Source: Ardenticatenaceae bacterium (lineage in GTDB: Bacteria > Chloroflexota > Anaerolineae > Promineifilales > Promineifilaceae). From it: a DNA stretch of 64,000 nt. Positions 57,858-64,000 of this stretch are shown piece after piece; the first letter of the stretch is position 1, and each line of letters opens with the position of its first letter. The notes below the pieces were generated by a model that did not search any database, was not told where the DNA came from, and saw nothing but the letters and a program-made list of their open reading frames with translations. The stretch spans positions 30,975-94,974 of the forward strand of contig JACKCD010000019.1 of NCBI GenBank assembly GCA_020634215.1, read 5' to 3'. The translations under genes were made by a program, and so were the position numbers.

Positions 57858-59801
57858 ATGTTTGGCAGGCCAGTTACTTATATTTTTAGTGGATGTTTGT
57901 GTTTGCTGATAATTTTTATGGCTGGTTGTGTGCCGAGAGAGGAGGAAGTGGCAGAAACGGCCGTTGTAAAGGTGGTGAGTACGGAAACGGCCGTTGCCAC
58001 TCCCATCGCTACCCTCCCCATCAACATGACCCGTCAAGTTATCTCGACTCTTACCCCCACCATTCCTGCCACGCTATTGCCTACCGTCACTCCTGCTTCC
58101 TCACCGACGGCCACGCCAATTCCCTTACCACTCCCACCGATGCAACCCTTCCCAACAGTTACACCTGATTATCCTTTTCATGAAACAAAACAAATTTTCT
58201 TGTTTTATGGTGATGTAGGTGGAGATGGTACTGGCTCTCTTGGTAACACACTGCCTTCTTTGGTGATTTATAACGATGGGCAATTGCTCATGGAAGTTGG
58301 TGATTGGCAGACCAGAGTCATCATGGAATCCAATCTCTCACCAAATGAGATGTGTGATTTACGAGAGAAAATTGCTGCCACTGGGTTCATGAACCCTCAT
58401 GATCCGTTTGAATACTTTACACAGCAGGATGGGAGTGCAGGCGCAACAAATATAGTTATTCAGGTGGAAGACACATTTTATTCATTTTACAGCCCCGATG
58501 TGGACTATTTGGTAGATGATTTAGCCAGCGGTTATGAGATCATAAAGAATTTTCAACCGATACAGCCTCTTGCACCCTATATCCCGGAACAATTTCTTGT
58601 TTCGTTGGAAGAATGGCCTTACGAAACGGAAACTGAGCCAATTGTTTGGCCTGAGGATTTGCCACTTTTAGCTGATTTGCGACCTGATCCTGGGCAAGAC
58701 CTTTTTGTTATTGAGAATGATCTCCTAATATCAATTTTTGACCTGTTTTCACGACAAATCTCAGTACGCTCTTTTCAAGAGGATGAAATTGTATACACGA
58801 TGCTTATCCGCCCTATTTTGCCGCATGAGACATTACAAAATGCCCTGGCTTATCCTCGCCGACCTAAGGATTATGTGCCTGTCTTAAATTGTGAAGATGA
58901 ACCCTCGCTCATTTCGTCTGCAATTCCTACAGCAACGCCAACGTTAACGGCCGATCTCACGCAACTAGTTGGACAAGGCCGCATCCTGTTTGTAACCGAC
59001 AATGATGGTGATGAAGAGATTTTTGTCATGGAAGCCGACGGCACAAATCGCCAGCGTTTGACAAATAATTTGGCTGATGATTTCTCGCCAAGCTGGTTTC
59101 CAGATGGACAGCACATCGTTTTTGCTTCAGATCGTGATGGAGATAGTGAAATTTATGTCATGGCCGCCGATGGAACAAATGTTGTACAACTCACAAATAA
59201 CGATGTAAGTGACTATGCTCCAGCTATTTCCCCTGATGGTGAACAAATTGCTTTTGTATCTGACAGGAACGGTGGATGGCAAGTATCATCGGAAATTTAC
59301 GTGATGCGTTTTGATGGTTCTCAACTACGTCGCCTGACAGACAACGATAGTCGTGATTTGGATCCTGAATGGTCAGCGGATGGCAGTCAAATATTGTTTG
59401 CACAGGAAGTTCAGTTTAATGAACTGTATAAAGTGGTTACTGTCGGTGTCGAGAGTTTAGAAACAACTGAAGTTTTGCGTGCATTTGATTATCGAAACAA
59501 CAATCCTCGTCCTATTTGGTCGGTGGATGGTTCTCATTTTGTTTGGGCTAAGCAAGTTGATGATGCTCATTCGGTTATTCAAATCATGGATAGCGCAGGC
59601 GTTTTGCAGCAAGAGATCGCGTTCCAATCAACTTATTTTCGCTCCATAAGTTGGTCATCTGATGGGCGAACTGTTCTGTTCTCCGCACGAGAGTATGGAG
59701 ATTGGGATATGGAACTATACGTTCTTGTTGTAGATGCTGGTGAAATCATTCAAATCACGCATAATCAGCAAGATGAATTTGGTGCTGTTTGGTGGCCGTA
59801 G
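57858..59801 (+). CDS. Lipoprotein with a C-terminal TolB-like PD40 beta-propeller
   Basis: Lipobox LLIIFMAGC. Pro/Thr linker. Repeated PD40 units (FSPSWFPDGQHIVFASDRDGDSEIYVM, YAPAISPDGEQIAFVSDRNG..., DPEWSADGSQILFA). GAGGA RBS before ATG 57858. Confidence 0.75.
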   Translation: MFGRPVTYIFSGCLCLLIIFMAGCVPREEEVAETAVVKVVSTETAVATPIATLPINMTRQVISTLTPTIPATLLPTVTPASSPTATPIPLPLPPMQPFPTVTPDYPFHETKQIFLFYGDVGGDGTGSLGNTLPSLVIYNDGQLLMEVGDWQTRVIMESNLSPNEMCDLREKIAATGFMNPHDPFEYFTQQDGSAGATNIVIQVEDTFYSFYSPDVDYLVDDLASGYEIIKNFQPIQPLAPYIPEQFLVSLEEWPYETETEPIVWPEDLPLLADLRPDPGQDLFVIENDLLISIFDLFSRQISVRSFQEDEIVYTMLIRPILPHETLQNALAYPRRPKDYVPVLNCEDEPSLISSAIPTATPTLTADLTQLVGQGRILFVTDNDGDEEIFVMEADGTNRQRLTNNLADDFSPSWFPDGQHIVFASDRDGDSEIYVMAADGTNVVQLTNNDVSDYAPAISPDGEQIAFVSDRNGGWQVSSEIYVMRFDGSQLRRLTDNDSRDLDPEWSADGSQILFAQEVQFNELYKVVTVGVESLETTEVLRAFDYRNNNPRPIWSVDGSHFVWAKQVDDAHSVIQIMDSAGVLQQEIAFQSTYFRSISWSSDGRTVLFSAREYGDWDMELYVLVVDAGEIIQITHNQQDEFGAVWWP

Positions 59802-59813
59802 CGTAATGGCCGC

Positions 59814-59919
59814 AAACGGCCGTTGTGAGAGCCGCTGTCAACACCCCCTCAAACGGCTCCACCAGCCCTGACCGCCGCAACCGATACCAGCGAATTTGGG
59901 CTTCTGTCAGTCGAATCAT
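59814..59919 (-). pseudogene. Relic of the first 35 codons of an AlkZ/YcaQ-like gene
   Basis: MIRLTEAQIRWYRLRRSGLVEPFEGVLTAALTTAV. About 92% nt identity (9 mismatches by eye) with 53158-53264. Homology ends abruptly. ATGA overlap with the stop of the 59916-60317 gene. Confidence 0.75.
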
Positions 59920-60317
59920 TGCTCTTGCTCTAACAAGTGCAGCAGTGCTAGCCCGTATGCTTCGCTGGCGCTGGTGGCGGTAAAGTGGTGGCGATTGTTG
60001 AGGATGCAGGTGATGGTAACGGCCGTTTGTTGCAGCGTACATTCCGCCACCCGTTGCCCAATTTGTTCCCGCAGCTGCGTTTCTGTAGGCAACCACACCA
60101 CCTCATGCGTCCAAATATGATCAAGCGCCCATTCCGTTGCTCCCGCAAAAGCGACCACCGGCCAGCCGCGCAGCAGGTCAAGATAAGCCATCGTATCGCT
60201 GAGAACAAAAACCTGCTCGTCCAGACCACTCACTGGAACTGCAAAAAAATCATGGTTTTGCGCCATCCATATCAACCCAGCCTCTTTAAGCCGTTGTGCT
60301 AATGCCAGAGAAATCAT
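59916..60317 (-). CDS. Hypothetical protein (133 aa)
   Basis: ATG-initiated ORF with no motif recognised. Translationally coupled (ATGA) to the ycaQ-like relic. Confidence 0.45.
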   Translation of the reverse strand: MISLALAQRLKEAGLIWMAQNHDFFAVPVSGLDEQVFVLSDTMAYLDLLRGWPVVAFAGATEWALDHIWTHEVVWLPTETQLREQIGQRVAECTLQQTAVTITCILNNRHHFTATSASEAYGLALLHLLEQEQ

Positions 60318-60320
60318 AAT

Positions 60321-63300
60321 TTGCTTTCATCACCCTTCACCCATAAGATCACGCCTATGGATGAACTGCCGCCCTATTTTACGCATCTTCACGTACATTC
60401 CCACTATTCGCTGCTGGGTGGAACCGCCGCCGTGCCGGATTTGGTGGCGCGGGCGGTGGCGGAGGGGCGGCGAGCATTGACGCTCACCGACAGCGCCGCC
60501 CTCTATGGGGCCGTTGCCCTGCACAAAGCGTGCCGCGCCGCCAACATTCAGCCCATCATTGGCCTTACCCTCCCCATTGCCACCCCCGCCGAAGATTTGG
60601 CCGAGCAAACCACGCCGGGGCAGGTGGTGCTGCTGGCGCAAAACCCCGCTGGCTATCGCTCCCTGTGCCGCCTCGCTTCGCAGTTGGACGGGGCGCAGCC
60701 GGTGGAATTGGGCTTGTTGCGCGATTTTAGCGAGGGTGTTATTTGTCTGGACGGTGGGCGGCGGGGCTGGATCAACCGCTTTGTGCGGGCGGGTAACACG
60801 GCGGCGGCGGTGCGCTATGCGTCGCGGCTGGCGGCGATTTTTCAGGAGAATGGGTATGTGGGGGTGGAATTAACGGCCGTTTCCCCCCGCCGCCACACCC
60901 AAGACCTGCTCAAAATTGGCGCACGTTTTGGCCTAGCTCCCGTGGCTCTGCAGCCTGTTTACTGCCTGGAACCCGATGAGCGGGAGATGCTGCGGCTGCT
61001 AACGGCCGTTTCCCACAACTGCACCCTTGACGAACTCAACCCCGTTTTGCTGCCCGACGAGGGAGAAACGGCCGTTGACCTCCACTGGCTGCCCCCCGAC
61101 GAGATGCTGGCGCGGTACGCCGACCTGCCCGAAGCCCTCACCAACGCCGCCGAAATCGTCAAACAGTGCGAGCCGTCACTGCCAGACGGCCGTTCCATCT
61201 GGCCCGCCCTCAAGCTGCCCGACGGCCAAAGCAGCGACGAGGCATTGGCCGAATGGGTGCGAGTGGGGCTGGGCGACCATTTTCTTGACGGGCTGGATGC
61301 GGCGGGAGAGCAGCGACTGCGGCGTGAATTGGAAGCATTGCGGGCGCGGGGGTTGGCTCCCCTCTTTTTGGTCGTGGCCGACATTGTGGGGTTTGCCCGC
61401 CAGCTTGATATTCCCGTCAACACGCGGGGTAGCGTCGCCAATTCGCTCGTTGCTTACTGCCTCGGCATCACCACCGTCAACCCGCTCGTCCATGACCTGC
61501 TGTTTGAGCGGTTTCTCAACCCCGCCCGCGCCAACTTGCCTGACATTGACCTCGATTTTTGCAGCCGCCGCCGCGACGAGGTGCTGGATTATGTGCGCCA
61601 AACGTATGGCGAGGATCGGGTGGCGCTGGTGGCGACGGTCAACACCCTCAAGCCCAAGTCGGCGGTGCGCGAGGTTGCCAAGGCGTTTGGGCTGCCGGAG
61701 AGCCGCATTGGCAAGCTGGCTGCGCTGGTGCCGCACCGCGATTGGCACCCCGACCCGCGCCGCCGCGAGACAGCTTTGCTCGATGACCTGCTGGCGCAGC
61801 TTGACGACCCGCAGGAGCAGGCAATCTTTCGCGCCGCCTTTCAACTCATCGGACAGCCGGATCACCTCAGCGTTCACCCCGGCGGCATCGTCATCACCCC
61901 CGGCCCACTCACCGACGTGGTGCCGGTGCAGATGGCACCGAAGGGGTTTCTCATTACCCAGTACGATCACCGCGACGTGGAGGCGATTGGGCTGCCGAAG
62001 ATTGATTTGCTGGGGATTCGGGCGTTGACGGTGCTGGCCGATGCTGCCGAACTGGTGCGAACCCACCACGCGCCGTCGTTTCGGCTGGGGCAGATTGGGC
62101 AGGGGGATGAAAAAACGGCCGTTTTGCTCGCCACCGCCGACACCATTGGCGTGTTCCAATGCGAATCCACCGGGGCGCAGCGCACCCTGCGCCAGCTTCG
62201 CGCCCGCAGCGTGGCCGATCTCGCCATTGCCAACGCCTTTTTCAAGCCCGGCCCGGCCACCGGCGGCATGGCAAAAAGTTTTGTCCGCCGCTATCGGGGC
62301 GAGGAGGCGGTCAGCTATTTGCACCCAACGTTGCAGCCGATTTTGGGCAAGACGCAGGGGGTGCTGCTCTTTCAGGAGCAAATTCTGCGTATAGCCACCG
62401 AGATCGCCGGGTTAAGCTGGCAGGAAGCCGACCATTTACGGCGGGGGATGAGCAAATTTTTGGCGCGGGAGATGGCGGCACTGCGGACGCGCTTTGTCAC
62501 GGGGTGCCAGCGGCAGGCAGGGTTTACGCCGGAGCAAGCGGAGACGCTGTGGCAGCAGGTGATGGCCTTTGCCGGATACGGCTTCAACCAGGGTCACGCC
62601 ACGGCGTATGCGGCGGTGAGTTATGAGTCGGCCTATTTGAAAGCCCACTGGCCGGCCGAATTTCTCTGTGCGCGGCTGGCCGATGCCGGTGGCTTCCACC
62701 ATCAGGCGATTTACGTGGCCGAGGCGCGGCGGCTGGGCATCACGGTGCGGCCGCCGCATGTGAATGCGAGTGGGCGGAAGTTTGTGCTGTCGTATGAAGA
62801 GCGTGGGGCGTGGGGAGTAGGGAGTACGCCACACCCCACACGCCACACCCCACACCCCACGCTTTGGATGGGCCTCGGCCAAGTCCGTGACCTGCGGCGC
62901 AAAAGTGTGGCGGCGATTCGGGCGGAACGGCCGTTTGCCAACCTGCGTGATCTGCTGGCGCGGGTGGCGTTGCAAGACAAGGAAGTGGTGCACCTCATCC
63001 AGTGCGGGGCGCTGGATGGGCTGGGGGAGAGCCGAGCGGCGCTGCTGGCGGAGGCGCGGGGGGTGGCGCGGGCGGGGAGTGCGCGGCAGTTGAGCTTTGG
63101 CTTTGCGCTGGAAACGGCCGTTTTGCCCGACACCGCTGCCGAACGGGCCGAATGGGAACGCCATCTGCTGGGGTATCCGGTGAGCGTGCAGCCCGGCGAT
63201 TTGGTTGCGCCCCCAGCCGAGGCGGTTCCGCTGCGCGAGCTGCCGCAAACGCGGGGCAAGCTGGTGACAATTGCTGGCTGGCGGCTGCCCGGCTGGACGG

Positions 63301-63455
63301 GTGGGCGCGGCTTTTATTTTGGCGACGGCGACAGCTTTGTGGTGGTGCGGGAGGCAACAGAGGGGGGAAAGGTGCGGAAATCGTGGCAGCCGGTGGTGAT
63401 TAACGGCCGTTGGCGCAGCGATGAGTGGGGGAATGGGGTGTTTCAGGTAGGATAG
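60321..63455 (+). CDS. dnaE: DNA polymerase III alpha subunit DnaE; likely start at ATG 60357
   Basis: PHP domain FTHLHVHSHYSLLGG. Polymerase core (PDIDLDF, GIVITP, GLPKIDLLG, NQGHATAY). OB-fold region. Confidence 0.95.
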   Translation: MLSSPFTHKITPMDELPPYFTHLHVHSHYSLLGGTAAVPDLVARAVAEGRRALTLTDSAALYGAVALHKACRAANIQPIIGLTLPIATPAEDLAEQTTPGQVVLLAQNPAGYRSLCRLASQLDGAQPVELGLLRDFSEGVICLDGGRRGWINRFVRAGNTAAAVRYASRLAAIFQENGYVGVELTAVSPRRHTQDLLKIGARFGLAPVALQPVYCLEPDEREMLRLLTAVSHNCTLDELNPVLLPDEGETAVDLHWLPPDEMLARYADLPEALTNAAEIVKQCEPSLPDGRSIWPALKLPDGQSSDEALAEWVRVGLGDHFLDGLDAAGEQRLRRELEALRARGLAPLFLVVADIVGFARQLDIPVNTRGSVANSLVAYCLGITTVNPLVHDLLFERFLNPARANLPDIDLDFCSRRRDEVLDYVRQTYGEDRVALVATVNTLKPKSAVREVAKAFGLPESRIGKLAALVPHRDWHPDPRRRETALLDDLLAQLDDPQEQAIFRAAFQLIGQPDHLSVHPGGIVITPGPLTDVVPVQMAPKGFLITQYDHRDVEAIGLPKIDLLGIRALTVLADAAELVRTHHAPSFRLGQIGQGDEKTAVLLATADTIGVFQCESTGAQRTLRQLRARSVADLAIANAFFKPGPATGGMAKSFVRRYRGEEAVSYLHPTLQPILGKTQGVLLFQEQILRIATEIAGLSWQEADHLRRGMSKFLAREMAALRTRFVTGCQRQAGFTPEQAETLWQQVMAFAGYGFNQGHATAYAAVSYESAYLKAHWPAEFLCARLADAGGFHHQAIYVAEARRLGITVRPPHVNASGRKFVLSYEERGAWGVGSTPHPTRHTPHPTLWMGLGQVRDLRRKSVAAIRAERPFANLRDLLARVALQDKEVVHLIQCGALDGLGESRAALLAEARGVARAGSARQLSFGFALETAVLPDTAAERAEWERHLLGYPVSVQPGDLVAPPAEAVPLRELPQTRGKLVTIAGWRLPGWTGGRGFYFGDGDSFVVVREATEGGKVRKSWQPVVINGRWRSDEWGNGVFQVG
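62801..62862. repeat. GTGGGG/CCCCAC short-period inverted repeat inserted in frame in dnaE
   Basis: GCGTGGGGCGTGGGGAGTAGGGAGT ACGCCACACCCCACACGCCACACCCCACACCCCACGC, encoding RGAWGVGSTPHPTRHTPHPT. Confidence 0.8.
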
Positions 63456-63456
63456 G

Positions 63457-63500
63457 TTGGAGATTGGAGATTGGGAGATTGGAGATTAGGAGATTGCAGT
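63457..63500. repeat. Tandem GGAGATT-type short-period repeat after the dnaE stop
   Basis: TTGGAGATTGGAGATTGGGAGATTGGAGATTAGGAGATT. Confidence 0.85.
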
Positions 63501-63616
63501 CTTCGACAGAACCTGGTTTATAAGGTGTGGCACATTGCCACGCACCAATGTGACGACAGACGACTTATCCGCGTTCATCCGTGTTCGTCTGCGTCCCATG
63601 TTTAAGAGGAGAGGAG

Positions 63617-64000
63617 ATGGAAAACGGCCGTTCTACGATATTTGTAAGCACACGATCCCTGCCCTGGTGGTCGCTGCTTGTTCCCGGCGTGATCGCTATT
63701 TTGGCGGGCGCGTTTATCTTTTTTCAAACCGATAACTTTGTCCAGCTTCTGACCATCACCGTTGGCTTTTTTGTCCTGCTAAACGGCATTGCTACCGTCA
63801 TTGGGGCCATCCGCAGCGGCGGCGATAGCGGGCGGCGGTTGCTGACGCTGCTGCGCGGCGTGCTGGGCATTGTCATTGGCGCATTGGCACTGACGCTGCC
63901 CTTTATGTTTGCCGCCATTGCCTGGAGCGTGATGCTAACGCTGGTGGCGATTCAGCTCATCATAGCCGCCATTTTGGAAATCGGCGTGGCGTACCGGCTG
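63617..64000 (+). CDS. DUF308 (HdeD-like) membrane protein, 3' end cut by the window edge
   Basis: Manual translation from ATG 63617 (GAGGAG RBS): MENGRSTIFVSTRSLPWWSLLVPGVIAILAGAFIFF...LLRGVLGIVIGALALTLPF. Open to position 64000. Not in the ORF track. Confidence 0.6.
   Translation, partial: MENGRSTIFVSTRSLPWWSLLVPGVIAILAGAFIFFQTDNFVQLLTITVGFFVLLNGIATVIGAIRSGGDSGRRLLTLLRGVLGIVIGALALTLPFMFAAIAWSVMLTLVAIQLIIAAILEIGVAYRL

Noticed and set aside
53265-59813. The 6.5-kb bracketed segment as a prophage or ICE
   Set aside because: It has no integrase, transposase, or structural or conjugation genes, and the iterated palindrome occurs at normal density. Only the duplication signature is reported.
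61176-62381. 401-aa minus-strand ORF and several plus-strand off-frame ORFs inside dnaE
   Set aside because: They overlap a confidently identified DnaE frame and have no motifs.

Overview
64-kb chromosomal window, moderately GC-rich. Gene content (multi-GAF sensor kinases, an LRR-Roc-COR protein, S8/PA14 surface proteins, short-period repeats) suggests a filamentous Chloroflexota-like bacterium; this is inference only. Left to right: suf Fe-S operon (sufB runs off the left edge, carries an intein and is absent from the ORF track), sufC, divergent sufR plus a DUF59 gene; a surface-protein block (PA14 protein and two paralogous S8 proteases flanking a HAD-ATPase fusion); a roughly 11-kb same-strand two-component/GAF cluster that includes a threonine-synthase-like enzyme fused to a receiver domain; transporter, GNAT and FAD oxidoreductase genes; mazF toxin-antitoxin pair; ligA; a decayed toxin-antitoxin patch; 2H phosphoesterase; M32 carboxypeptidase; BNR-repeat protein; TfoX; two more sensor kinases; tsaD; selA; a membrane protein; a candidate four-way-junction RNA; an LRR-Roc-COR-TM gene with 13 perfect 66-bp repeats; an AlkZ/YcaQ-like glycosylase; an N-terminally extended RecQ; two DUF488 genes; a PD40 lipoprotein; dnaE; and a DUF308 gene running off the right edge. 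The most striking window-wide signal is a highly iterated 10-nt palindrome, AACGGCCGTT. I counted about 85 exact copies by eye, in coding and non-coding DNA and in all reading frames, with conspicuous gaps over some gene blocks. Other unexplained structure: a 34-nt perfect hairpin present three times just 5' of minus-strand start codons; short-period GAGAYT, GTAATC and GTGGGG repeat arrays, some in frame inside recQ and dnaE; a 125-bp perfect inverted repeat between the two protease paralogs; and a 107-bp direct duplication of the ycaQ 5' end bracketing 6.5 kb. No tRNA, rRNA, CRISPR array, transposase or integrase was recognised.
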